From positions 1 to 32,285 of the forward strand of contig JBDNDK010000003.1 in the NCBI GenBank assembly GCA_046719185.1: a stretch of 32,285 bases of DNA, read 5' to 3'. This stretch comes from Armatimonadota bacterium. GTDB taxonomy: Bacteria > Armatimonadota > UBA5829. How positions within the stretch are numbered: position 1 is the first letter of the stretch; every line of letters starts with the position of its first letter. The position numbers and the translations under genes were made by a program. Under the pieces are notes generated by a model. It made no database searches, was not told where the DNA came from, and saw only the letters and a list, made by a program, of their open reading frames with translations. Positions 17,337 to 26,384 of the stretch are shown in pieces.

Positions 17337-19397
17337 CTATTCTATATCTATTCCTAAATATTTTACTTCAAGACCCTTAAGCTCAATAGTCGGAGCATTT
17401 TCTTTTTCAAATTCACCAATTAGTTCTCCAGCTACAAGATTAGACCAGTCTGTGAGGGTATATTTCTTTTCTTTCTCAAGTTCCAGCTCTACTTCATCAA
17501 GAGGTATTTTGACAGATAAAGTTTCTCTTGTTGGATTTACTAATACAATAAATCCCTTGCCATCAATCACGTGTCCTTCACCATCAATTTTCTTTCCATC
17601 AGGAAAATCAAGAACATGCTGGTAGGTATTAAAATAATTACTGAATCTCTTTCTAAATGCAAAAAGTTTCTTAAGCCATTCCATAAACTCTGGTCTAGCT
17701 CTTTTTAAGTCAAAACCACCGCCAGCTTGGCATATACCATTACCAATCATTGCCATTTCAGCATGCATTAACTCTTCAAGCGGTCTAGTTTCAAGATTGT
17801 CTCTGCCAGCATCGTGCCAGTCAATACCATACCAACTGCCCCATATTGCATAATATGGATGCTCCCAAGTCATTTGATAAAGCTGCTGTCTATGAAGAAG
17901 CTCAGCCTTGCCTGTCTCATGTGCATAAGTATCTGATATCTGTTCTTGATCCAAAGCATTTAATCTATGGTTGTTAAATGGAATACTAAAGCATACAAAC
18001 ATAGTATCTTTTCTAGCTGCATGTGTTGCTTGACATATTTCATTTAGTCTCTTCCAAGCATTTACTTCAAGCTCATCTTGATCACAATGGTCATGCTCAT
18101 CAGAACAGCATTCAGGAATATTCCAGTCATTTCCATCCCAATAAATAACTCTAGCATTCAGCTGAGTAGCTAGCTCAATATATCTTTTTTTTACATATTC
18201 ATAATACTCAGTCATAATACAAATTGCAGTTGCATGACTTCTTCTGTTCACTTTGCCCGGCACAAGATATTCCGGATGTCTTTCTTCAATGATAGTTTTC
18301 CAATAACTTGATGAGAATGGATTCACCCAATAGGTCATATCTAAGCCTGCTTCTCTTGCTTTTTCTACAATTTCCTCCATACCATTGGGAAATTTCTTTG
18401 TATCCACCTTCATTGACATTTCAGCTTCCCAACCAAGATCTAGGTGCAATGTAGTATAGAATCCAGCCTCTTTTATGTAATTAATATATTCTAATATAAG
18501 GTCTCTGTCATAGTTTGAAAGAAGTGCTTTATGATCTGCAAGCGTGATCATCCAAGTACTCCAAGAAACAGGCATTTCCTTACCTTTAATCACACACCAA
18601 TTATCCATCAAATATTCAGTATATCTCTTAAACCCTAATTCTGCTGGTCCTCTGTATCCACCAATATCTGCAGGGTCTGTTGTAAGTCCATCTTTTAAGG
18701 GTAAATACTCTCTCTGGCTCATCACAAGACCCTCAGATTTTGTAAATTCTTCTTTGCCCAAAAGGGATTTTGTGAAGAAGAACAAACCTTCATTATTTCC
18801 CCAATAATGAACAACAGCTCTTGCATTTTCTCCAAACTGAAATCTTATATTTGGGTCTGAAGTATCACATTGATCTGGTTTTCCGTGTACATTATCTTCA
18901 TCATTTGGAAATTTTTCAGGATACCTAGGTTTTGGAACAACACCCTCCACTTTTTCCAAGAATTTCATATTCTCAATAACAACACTTGTAATTACCCAGT
19001 CTTTAATATCATTTTTCTTGATTTCTATCCATTTTGAAATAAAGTTTTTATCTGCTTGTGCTTGATAATATACAGACAACTCAATAGGCTTATCTTCAAA
19101 CCTAGATTCTAAATTAATTTTGAGCAATCTGGTGTTGTTATCCCAAACTGGTGTTTCATAATTTTTGAAAGAGAACTGTTTTGAAGTGATTGTTTTTTCT
19201 TCTTCATTCTTTCTCAGCAATATTTGAAATTCATAATTGTTATCATCAAGATACTCTTCACCATTTATGACATTCATAATGCTTGTGGTATTTAGTTTAC
19301 CTGAGATGCAGTGCATTCTTCTGTGCATGCAGCCATTTCCTATTTCAAACACCAATCCACCGGGGATTTCTTGTGCATATCCGATAGCTTCTTTCAT
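17337..19397 (-). CDS. Divergent clan GH-D (GH36/alpha-galactosidase-like) glycoside hydrolase
   Basis: N-terminal beta-rich domain, then WSTW, LHLDLGW, KKFPNGM, YWVNP, VIYWDGN matching the GH36 NSW/DDGW/RFPxG/WxxP/KWD order. ATG 19397 with AAGGA SD. Confidence 0.65.
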   Translation of the reverse strand: MKEAIGYAQEIPGGLVFEIGNGCMHRRMHCISGKLNTTSIMNVINGEEYLDDNNYEFQILLRKNEEEKTITSKQFSFKNYETPVWDNNTRLLKINLESRFEDKPIELSVYYQAQADKNFISKWIEIKKNDIKDWVITSVVIENMKFLEKVEGVVPKPRYPEKFPNDEDNVHGKPDQCDTSDPNIRFQFGENARAVVHYWGNNEGLFFFTKSLLGKEEFTKSEGLVMSQREYLPLKDGLTTDPADIGGYRGPAELGFKRYTEYLMDNWCVIKGKEMPVSWSTWMITLADHKALLSNYDRDLILEYINYIKEAGFYTTLHLDLGWEAEMSMKVDTKKFPNGMEEIVEKAREAGLDMTYWVNPFSSSYWKTIIEERHPEYLVPGKVNRRSHATAICIMTEYYEYVKKRYIELATQLNARVIYWDGNDWNIPECCSDEHDHCDQDELEVNAWKRLNEICQATHAARKDTMFVCFSIPFNNHRLNALDQEQISDTYAHETGKAELLHRQQLYQMTWEHPYYAIWGSWYGIDWHDAGRDNLETRPLEELMHAEMAMIGNGICQAGGGFDLKRARPEFMEWLKKLFAFRKRFSNYFNTYQHVLDFPDGKKIDGEGHVIDGKGFIVLVNPTRETLSVKIPLDEVELELEKEKKYTLTDWSNLVAGELIGEFEKENAPTIELKGLEVKYLGIDIE

Positions 19398-19457
19398 AAA
19401 AAACATCCTTAAAACTTATTGTGTTATTTTATTTTTTATTATGTCTAATACCGAGGC

Positions 19458-19486
19458 AGTGTATCATAAAACAATACATTGGTCAA
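19458..19486 (-). promoter_or_regulatory. Promoter of the GH36-like/oxidoreductase operon
   Basis: Minus strand TTGACC-17 nt-TACACT with TGn extension. Confidence 0.55.
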
Positions 19487-19545
19487 TATATTACTTAGTA
19501 TAAATAGCGGTCAAAGCAAATAGGAATCACAAACAACCACTTTTA

Positions 19546-19790
19546 ATATCGTTAATTAGTTGTCATATAAAACTACAAAACAGCATTATTTTACCAATCT
19601 GCAATATTTGGGTATATTTTAAGATAGGAAACTATTAAATATTTCAAATATTTGTGGTAATTAAGTGCTATTAAAAAGATTGTATCATTGTAATTTTTTA
19701 CTATTGAGAGATGACTATTTGAGGGATATAATAAGAATGTCGAGATAGAAAAATTACCAAAATTACAAATAAGTAATTAATTAACGATAT
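19546..19790. repeat. 13-bp perfect inverted repeat pair flanking a promoter
   Basis: ATATCGTTAATTA (19546-19558) and TAATTAACGATAT (19778-19790). Confidence 0.6.
19704..19732 (+). promoter_or_regulatory. sigma70-type promoter of the MtaA-like gene
   Basis: TTGAGA-17 nt-TATAAT. Confidence 0.65.
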
Positions 19791-19805
19791 AACGGGGTGA
19801 TTAAA

Positions 19806-20834
19806 ATGTTATTCAAAGATTATGTAAAAAGTTTTGGCAAACAAATGGCAGCACCGCTTGCCGGGTTTCCTGCTACTAAATTAACCAACACAACCGTAAA
19901 AGAAAATCTTAATGATGGAAAACTACAAGCTAAAACAATTTTAGAGCTAAACAAAGAAGTGGATTTTGATATAGTATTTCCTATGATGGATCTTACAGTT
20001 GAAACTGAAGCTTTAGGCGGAACTGTGGATTGGGAAACAGATGAAATGCCTGCAATCAAAGGTATAAAAGTTGAAACTCTTGAAGATGCTAAAGCATTAG
20101 TTGTTCCTGAAATTGGAGTTAACAACAGATTGAATATTTTTGTTGAAACCTGCAAAGAACTCAGAAATGCTTTGCCAGAAAAAATTATTTGGGGATATGT
20201 GTTAGGTCCATTCTCTATTGCAGGAAGACTTATGGGAATGACAGAAATCTCAATAGCTGTTAAACTTGAACCTGAAACAGTGCATGAAGTGCTTGAAAAA
20301 GCAACTCAATTATTAGAAAAATACACTGATGCATTACTGGATACAGGAATTGACGGCATTATGATTCTTGAACCTGCATCAAGCCTATTAAGAGAGGATG
20401 ATGCACAAGAATTCTCAAATAATTATATTAAAAGAATTGTGAATATTATAAAGGCAAAAGGCAAAACACCTTCATTGCATAACTGCGGAACAATCAATCA
20501 TCTTGTTAAATCTATGTGCGATACAGGTATTGAAGCTCTCAGCATCGGTTCTGCAGTGGATGCAGAAGAAATATATTCATTAGTTCCAGATAATGTTGTG
20601 ATGATGGGAAACATTGACCCTGCAACCACAATGATGAAAGGCAGTTATGATGATGTGAAGAAAGTTGCTGATAGTTTGATTGAAAAACTTAGCTGTGATG
20701 GAAGGTTTATTATTTCATCAGGATGTGATTTGCCTCCAAGTGTGCCAATTGACAACTTAAAGGCTATCAAAGATTCTGCATCTGCAAGTTGTCAAAGTTG
20801 TCAGAATGTTCATAGTGAATGTTGCAGTTGTTAA
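19806..20834 (+). CDS. UroD/MtaA-CmuA-family (methylcobamide methyltransferase-like) protein with Cys-rich tail
   Basis: DLTVETEALG, GPFSIAGRLMG, Zn-ligand-type LHNCG and SSGCD, MGNIDP; tail SCQSCQNVHSECCSC. ATG 19806 after GGGGTGA. Confidence 0.82.
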   Translation: MLFKDYVKSFGKQMAAPLAGFPATKLTNTTVKENLNDGKLQAKTILELNKEVDFDIVFPMMDLTVETEALGGTVDWETDEMPAIKGIKVETLEDAKALVVPEIGVNNRLNIFVETCKELRNALPEKIIWGYVLGPFSIAGRLMGMTEISIAVKLEPETVHEVLEKATQLLEKYTDALLDTGIDGIMILEPASSLLREDDAQEFSNNYIKRIVNIIKAKGKTPSLHNCGTINHLVKSMCDTGIEALSIGSAVDAEEIYSLVPDNVVMMGNIDPATTMMKGSYDDVKKVADSLIEKLSCDGRFIISSGCDLPPSVPIDNLKAIKDSASASCQSCQNVHSECCSC

Positions 20835-20861
20835 AATTTAGAATTTTTTTATCTTAGGGTA

Positions 20862-20890
20862 TTGTCAAATGTATATAATATGTGTATAAT
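20862..20890 (+). promoter_or_regulatory. Near-consensus sigma70 promoter with no downstream ORF
   Basis: TTGTCA-17 nt-TATAAT. Confidence 0.65.
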
Positions 20891-20896
20891 ACATTC

Positions 20897-20967
20897 AAAG
20901 ATTAAACCCTAACTCTCTCCTTTCTCTTTCCTATTCCCCCTGAACATTGTCAGGGGGATATTATTTT
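20897..20967 (+). ncRNA. Candidate ~70-nt small RNA with C/U-rich anti-SD tract
   Basis: Starts ~7 nt after the promoter, contains CTCTCTCCTTTCTCTTTCC, and ends in hairpin TCCCCCTGA/TCAGGGGGA plus TATTATTTT. Confidence 0.5.
20935..20967 (+). terminator. Intrinsic terminator (sRNA candidate and/or upstream MtaA-like gene)
   Basis: 9-bp stem TCCCCCTGA-ACATTG-TCAGGGGGA followed by a T-rich tail. Confidence 0.7.
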
Positions 20968-20980
20968 AAGCTACTAATAA

Positions 20981-21012
20981 TAAAAATCCTCCATTATTTT
21001 TATAATGAAGGA
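20981..21012 (-). terminator. Terminator of the minus-strand TPR gene
   Basis: TCCTCCATTAT/ATAATGAAGGA stem (G-U pair on the minus strand) followed by a U-run on the minus strand. Confidence 0.55.
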
Positions 21013-21060
21013 GTATAATATGTGAAATTATGTAACAATGTTCGCATTTCAAGACTCTGT

Positions 21061-22560
21061 CTATTTACTACTTTCAGATTGATTTTTAACTGCTTCTGTT
21101 ATTTTGTTTATTTCATCCATTGCTCTCTTTGCATCTTTATGATCTGGTTTTGCCTCAAGAACTGGTTCAATAAACTTCTTTGCATATTCAAGATTTCCAA
21201 GCAATATAGCCAACCTTCCAAGCACATAATTGCCTTCAATTCCACCACCACCAAACAGCTTGAAACTATAGCTTTCATTCTTCATTAACCTTGCAGATAT
21301 GAAAACATTAAATTCTGAATCTAAATAATCTTCATTTTCTCTTTGCATCCATGCCAAATTTAATCTGCTGTTGATATCCTCTGGTGTCATTTCAAGAACT
21401 TTTATCAAAGCATCTCTGCTCTCTGCATATTTCTTTTCTTCTGTAAATTTTTCAGCAGACTCAATTAAGGCTATATGTCTTTTTGCTAAAATACCTTCTC
21501 TCACATCAGCAGGCGTATATTTCAAAAGCTCGTTTCTGTAGTCTGTTCCTGTAACTTCCTTAATCTTAGCAAGAATTGTCTCTGTGTCCGCATCAGAATT
21601 ATATTTTAATCCAGACATAATTTTAGGAAGAACTACTTTCCCATTATTTGATAAAATTGCACTCATAAGCTCAACAGAATACTGCATGTTGGCAGTTTCC
21701 TGAATGGGATCTAATTTTTTCTTGTTCTGGAATGCAGACTGAGGCCAAGCTATCAAATTTACTTTTTCTCTTAACTTTTTTGTTTCTTCATTTGGAACAA
21801 ATAAAATTTCTGCAAGTTTGTATATCTGAGGATATCTTTTAACAACTTCTTTTGAAACATAGCCTGATACACCTTCGGTAAACCATCTGCTGAATGGATA
21901 ATAAAGACCAAGCTCATCTGATATGATAAATGAAACTGTTTGGTGAATATTTATTAATGGCAGCAGTTTTGATGTACCTAGAAAATCCATAGCCATTTCT
22001 TCCAATTTGTTATCACCTCTGATAGTTCCATCCGGATTTATAACAAGGGGAAGAAAACTATTTGCTATTGGCAATTCTCCAGATTCTAGTGATTTTGGTA
22101 TTAATAAAAACTCATCCTTTTTTTCATCATATTTCAAAACAAGAATTCCTGCATCAATTTCTTTTTTGCTGACTATATCTTCTTTTTTTATAAGTTCAAT
22201 ATTCCTAAAACACTCAACTAACCCTGCAGATGATGCCCTATAGTTATCTAATATCTTTTTTATTGATTCTACTTTATTCTTGTCATCATTTATTGACAAC
22301 AGAAATGCTATATCATCTGCAAGAACATTTGTTTCTTTCATATCATTCAATATCTGCAGATGAACATCAAGATATGGAGTGATGCTTTTCTTTGCCTTCT
22401 CTAAAACACTTTTTGCCTGTTTTTCCATTCCATCAGGATATTTAACAGTAAAACCTGATTCTGATATTTCTGCAGCATAAACTGGAATTGATATCATACT
22501 CACTAAAATACACACTGCTACTAAGAAAAAATTTCTATTAAATTTAACAAAAAAACTCAT
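21061..22560 (-). CDS. Secreted hypothetical protein with degenerate gluzincin-like motif and C-terminal TPRs
   Basis: AGGAGG SD before ATG 22560, signal peptide ending VYA-A, IHQTVS...RWFTEGVSGY, TPR-like C-terminus (VLEMTPEDINSRLNLA; VLEAKPDHKDAK). Confidence 0.7.
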   Translation of the reverse strand: MSFFVKFNRNFFLVAVCILVSMISIPVYAAEISESGFTVKYPDGMEKQAKSVLEKAKKSITPYLDVHLQILNDMKETNVLADDIAFLLSINDDKNKVESIKKILDNYRASSAGLVECFRNIELIKKEDIVSKKEIDAGILVLKYDEKKDEFLLIPKSLESGELPIANSFLPLVINPDGTIRGDNKLEEMAMDFLGTSKLLPLINIHQTVSFIISDELGLYYPFSRWFTEGVSGYVSKEVVKRYPQIYKLAEILFVPNEETKKLREKVNLIAWPQSAFQNKKKLDPIQETANMQYSVELMSAILSNNGKVVLPKIMSGLKYNSDADTETILAKIKEVTGTDYRNELLKYTPADVREGILAKRHIALIESAEKFTEEKKYAESRDALIKVLEMTPEDINSRLNLAWMQRENEDYLDSEFNVFISARLMKNESYSFKLFGGGGIEGNYVLGRLAILLGNLEYAKKFIEPVLEAKPDHKDAKRAMDEINKITEAVKNQSESSK

Positions 22561-22630
22561 CAAATAATCCTCCTGATTATTATTGCATTTTTTGAACACA
22601 CAATATATATTAGTCGGAATCAATAGCAGA

Positions 22631-23890
22631 TTATCCCACAACAGGCAAAGCTTCACCACCATGTTTTAACACAGCAACTTTAGAATCTCTGCCAGTAAGT
22701 TCAAAAGCAATTTCTAGGGCTTGTTGAGGTGTTTCAGCAGGAATAAAACCTAGTTTTTCCTGATCTTCCTTTGGAATACCATTTTTAACCATTATTCCTC
22801 TTGCTTTTTCTTTTATCAATCTGCCCATTCTGAGGCAATGAGAAGCAACAGACCTATTGATTAGACCTGCATTAAGATCACACATAGTCTCATCTTCTGT
22901 TGTGTATCCTCTTTCTAATATTTGTGGGTGAGCTCTTGAAACTCCTTCCACACAAGGGCTGATAAGTATAACTACCCCACCCTCTTTAACCATTAAATCT
23001 GCAGCGTACATAGCTTTTGCAGCCTGCCAGAGTTCAATATCTTTTGGATATGAATCTGTTATCACTATATCAGCTTTGCAAGGCACCTTCACTCCAAATA
23101 CTTTCTCTGATAATTTACACCCTTCCTTATGAGCTGAAATATAATCTCCAGATACTGCATATATGAGTTTTCCAGATGGATCTAATATTGTGTTGACTAT
23201 ATATTTCAAACCTGCCATTTGAGCACATTTATTCATTTCATTTCTGACAATATTATCTGTTTTGCCAAGCATTTCCTCACCAGGAGCAAAGCCACCTATC
23301 CAATGGGTATGAGCAGTAGCATCAGCTCCACAAACTCCCGGCAATATTATTTTAGCTCCACCAGAATAACCACATATTCTATGAGGTACTATCTGACCTA
23401 AGCCTATCACAAAATCAGCATCATACACATATTTATTAACTTCAAAATGAGTGCCACCATCTGTTGTGCCTAAATCAACAAGTTGGGAATTATCTTTATA
23501 GCTATGATTTATTATTTCAAATCTTGAGCAGATATCTTTGCCAAACTTTTCCAGTTTCTCCTCATCTGTCATAGGTCTGTGAGTACCAAGTGCAACAAGA
23601 ATTTTTATAGATTCAACAGCTGTTAATTTGAGCCTTTTTTCTATGAGAGGAATAATAATGTCAACTGGGGTTTGTCTTGTGTAATCATCAGAAATTATAA
23701 CTGCTGTTTTTGCATCTTTAGCAACATCTTCAATCTTGCCTGTGCCAATTGGATTGTCTAAAGAATCTTCAATACATTTGATTTTATCTTCTACTTCATC
23801 AAACTCATGAGGCTGGAAAACACCAATTAAGCTATCATCAGGTATATATATTGGCTCAAACTGATTTTTATATGGGAACTCAACTATCAT
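22631..23890 (-). CDS. larA: LarA-family nickel-pincer-dependent alpha-hydroxy acid racemase/epimerase
   Basis: LDNPIG, DDYTRQTP, ALGTHRPM, NHSY, PHRICGYSGGAKIILPGV, YPKDIELWQAAKA, CVEG. The substrate may not be lactate. Confidence 0.85.
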   Translation of the reverse strand: MIVEFPYKNQFEPIYIPDDSLIGVFQPHEFDEVEDKIKCIEDSLDNPIGTGKIEDVAKDAKTAVIISDDYTRQTPVDIIIPLIEKRLKLTAVESIKILVALGTHRPMTDEEKLEKFGKDICSRFEIINHSYKDNSQLVDLGTTDGGTHFEVNKYVYDADFVIGLGQIVPHRICGYSGGAKIILPGVCGADATAHTHWIGGFAPGEEMLGKTDNIVRNEMNKCAQMAGLKYIVNTILDPSGKLIYAVSGDYISAHKEGCKLSEKVFGVKVPCKADIVITDSYPKDIELWQAAKAMYAADLMVKEGGVVILISPCVEGVSRAHPQILERGYTTEDETMCDLNAGLINRSVASHCLRMGRLIKEKARGIMVKNGIPKEDQEKLGFIPAETPQQALEIAFELTGRDSKVAVLKHGGEALPVVG

Positions 23891-23912
23891 CTCTCTGCCG
23901 ATTGATTATAAA

Positions 23913-24090
23913 TAAAGAGAGCTGTCTTTTTGGCGGATAAGTTTCAAGAACAATAGAATAAGTTTCGGGAACAAGTTCCCGAAACACCTCACACCTCACA
24001 CGGTAATTCACCACTGCGTCATGCTGAACTTGATTCAGCATCTATGTTTGTATAGATTCAGAATGACATCTATAAAAGACAGCCTCTTTA
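23913..24090. mobile_element. MITE-like composite element containing two kinds of REP-like palindromes
   Basis: TIRs TAAAGAG(A)GCTGTCTTTT / AAAAGACAGCCTCTTTA; perfect hairpin GTTTCGGGAAC-AA-GTTCCCGAAAC; ACACCTC tandem; GTCATGCTGAACTTGATTCAGCATC...TCAGAATGAC. Confidence 0.65.
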
Positions 24091-24100
24091 ATTGTTTATA

Positions 24101-25207
24101 TTATTCGTCCAATATGCCTTTTCTAAGACCTAAAGGAAGAGGTGCAGGTTTTGTGCAAGTGCTCTCAAGCTCAATATGCTTATCTTCCTTGCTTGCATCA
24201 TGGAAAGCATGCATAACATCTAATACATGATATGCCATATCACCATTTGCTCTATGTGCTCTACCGCTCCTAATAGCATAAGCCATATCAGCAACACCAA
24301 TGCCTCTGCTGTTCTCTGCATATATATGAGATAATGGCACTTCTTTCCAATCTGAACCCGGTTTATACATCTTCACTGGTCCACCAAAACAGTTAGGATC
24401 AGGAACGCTCAATGAGCCTTCTGTGCCATAAATTTCTATTCTTGGAAGCTGAGCAGCCCATACATCAAAACTAGTGATAATAGTTCCAACGGCACCATTT
24501 GCAAAATCCATAATTCCTGCTATATGTGTTGGAACATCAACATCCATCACTTCACCTTTTTTAGGTTCACTAGTGATAACTCTTTGCGGGAATGTGATTC
24601 TTGTAGAACCGGTAACTCTTTTTATCGGTCCTAACATAGAAATTAGAGCTGTTAAGTAGTATGGACCCATATCAAACATTGGTCCACCACCAACTTTATA
24701 ATAGAACTCTGGATCTGGATGCCAGCTTTCATGACCTCTGCAAGTCATAAATGCAGTAGCAGCAATCGGCTCACCAATCCATCCATCTTCAATCATCTTT
24801 ATACAAGTCTGAATACCAGCACCCATAAAAGTATCCGGTGCAGAACCAACTCTCAAACCCTTGCTTTTTGCCATCTCAAGCATCTTTTTACCATCTGCTC
24901 TTTCAATAGCAAGAGGCTTTTCATTGTGAACTGATTTGCCATTTTCTAAAGCTTTGAATGCAACTTCTGCATGAGCCTTTGGGATGGTGAGATTTATCAC
25001 TATCTCAATTTCAGGGTCCGCAAGCAGCTCATCAACTGTGCAAGCCTTAGGAATATTATATTTCTCTGCTTTTTCTTCTGCCCTCTCTTTAATAAGGTCA
25101 GCACAAGCAACTATTTCTAATATCTCAAATGTTGAACCAGCCTCAAAATAAATGCTGCTAATATTACCGCATCCAACAATTCCAACTTTTGTAGTCTTTA
25201 TAGACAT
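24101..25207 (-). CDS. Gfo/Idh/MocA-family oxidoreductase
   Basis: [49 protein letters not shown]. Confidence 0.92.
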   Translation of the reverse strand: MSIKTTKVGIVGCGNISSIYFEAGSTFEILEIVACADLIKERAEEKAEKYNIPKACTVDELLADPEIEIVINLTIPKAHAEVAFKALENGKSVHNEKPLAIERADGKKMLEMAKSKGLRVGSAPDTFMGAGIQTCIKMIEDGWIGEPIAATAFMTCRGHESWHPDPEFYYKVGGGPMFDMGPYYLTALISMLGPIKRVTGSTRITFPQRVITSEPKKGEVMDVDVPTHIAGIMDFANGAVGTIITSFDVWAAQLPRIEIYGTEGSLSVPDPNCFGGPVKMYKPGSDWKEVPLSHIYAENSRGIGVADMAYAIRSGRAHRANGDMAYHVLDVMHAFHDASKEDKHIELESTCTKPAPLPLGLRKGILDE

Positions 25208-25225
25208 AAATATTTTCTCCGTTAC

Positions 25226-25873
25226 CTATTTACTTGCCCAAATAAGGCCGCGTTTTACAATCTCTTTTGCTTCTTCAACTTGAAAATCAGCAGCAACATG
25301 TCCCACAGAACTATAGAACACATTACCCTCACCAAATTTTCTTGTCCATACAGCAGGCATCACTGTTCCGGCTATCCAAGGTTCACCTTCTGTACCCTTA
25401 AACTCTGTTGTTGCCAACACATTATTTGATGGGTCTATATGCATATAATATTGCTCAGAGGTAATCTTAAAATCAGAAATACCCTTAGTGATTTCATGAT
25501 CTTTATCAATAATATTTACTTCATACTCAAGTATATTTCCAGGATGAGCTACCCATTGACCACCAACCATAAATTGGTATGATGTATTATTTCTAAATGC
25601 ATCCCCCATGCCACCATGCCAGCCGCCGCAGCCAACACCGCTTTTGATTGCTTTAAGCAAAGTGCCTTCTTGTTCTCCAGTAAGATTTCCACAAGTCCAC
25701 ACAGGCACAATTAAATCCATTGCCATCATTTTGTCTTCATCTGCAAAAGTATCAAGTGTATCAGATATTTCAACTTCAAAACCTTCACTTTGTAAAATAG
25801 GGGCAAAAATATCTACACACTGCTTGGGCTCATGACCATCCCAGCCACCCCAAACAAATATTGCCTTTTTCAT
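25226..25873 (-). CDS. ThuA-like domain protein
   Basis: [46 protein letters not shown] 25873 with GGAG SD; 18 nt upstream of the Gfo gene. Confidence 0.85.
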   Translation of the reverse strand: MKKAIFVWGGWDGHEPKQCVDIFAPILQSEGFEVEISDTLDTFADEDKMMAMDLIVPVWTCGNLTGEQEGTLLKAIKSGVGCGGWHGGMGDAFRNNTSYQFMVGGQWVAHPGNILEYEVNIIDKDHEITKGISDFKITSEQYYMHIDPSNNVLATTEFKGTEGEPWIAGTVMPAVWTRKFGEGNVFYSSVGHVAADFQVEEAKEIVKRGLIWASK

Positions 25874-25985
25874 AACATTCTCCAATTATATATCTCTTAA
25901 TTTAGAATATTTACAAGTATTAAGGTTATCATTCATTAGTTTTTTTTTCAATACAAATTTTTATCAATTAGAAAATTTTATCTAT

Positions 25986-26384
25986 TTAACCGAACCAAAG
26001 CTTTATTTCTCTTTCAGCACTTTCCCTGCAGTCTGAGCCATGAATGAGATTATATCTTGTGCTTGTTGTATAATCACCTCTAATTGTGCCGGATTGTGCT
26101 TTTAATGGATCTAATGCACCCATCATACATCTCATAATGCTTATTGCATTCTCACCTTCAACAACCATTGCACACACTGGTCCGGAAGTGATAAATTCAA
26201 CAGTAGGTTCAAAAAAATCTTTTCCTTTGTGGCAAGAATAATGCTCCTCTGCAAGTTCTCTGGATGGAGTTAGCATTTTTAACTCTTTTATATCTAGTCC
26301 TCTTCTCTCTATTCTAGATATTATTTCCCCTATCAGCTTTCTTTTAACAGCATCAGGTTTTATCATAATAAATGTTCTTTCCAT
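25986..26384 (-). CDS. ndk: Nucleoside-diphosphate kinase
   Basis: MERTFIMIKPDAV, GTIRGD, catalytic NLIHGSD; GAGGTG SD. Confidence 0.97.
   Translation of the reverse strand: MERTFIMIKPDAVKRKLIGEIISRIERRGLDIKELKMLTPSRELAEEHYSCHKGKDFFEPTVEFITSGPVCAMVVEGENAISIMRCMMGALDPLKAQSGTIRGDYTTSTRYNLIHGSDCRESAEREIKLWFG

Noticed and set aside
19407-19805. Cobalamin or SAM riboswitch upstream of the MtaA-like gene
   Set aside because: No B12-box or S-box consensus seen; the predicted leader is short and very AT-rich.
20854-20912. 7-bp inverted repeat TTAGGGT/ACCCTAA flanking the sRNA-candidate promoter
   Set aside because: Too short to distinguish from chance.
23937-24001. CRISPR-like mini-array
   Set aside because: Only two 17-nt imperfect repeats 4 nt apart, with no spacers and no cas genes.
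24021-24230. ORF MLNLIQHL... (+)
   Set aside because: Translation of the palindromic repeat running antisense into the Gfo gene.
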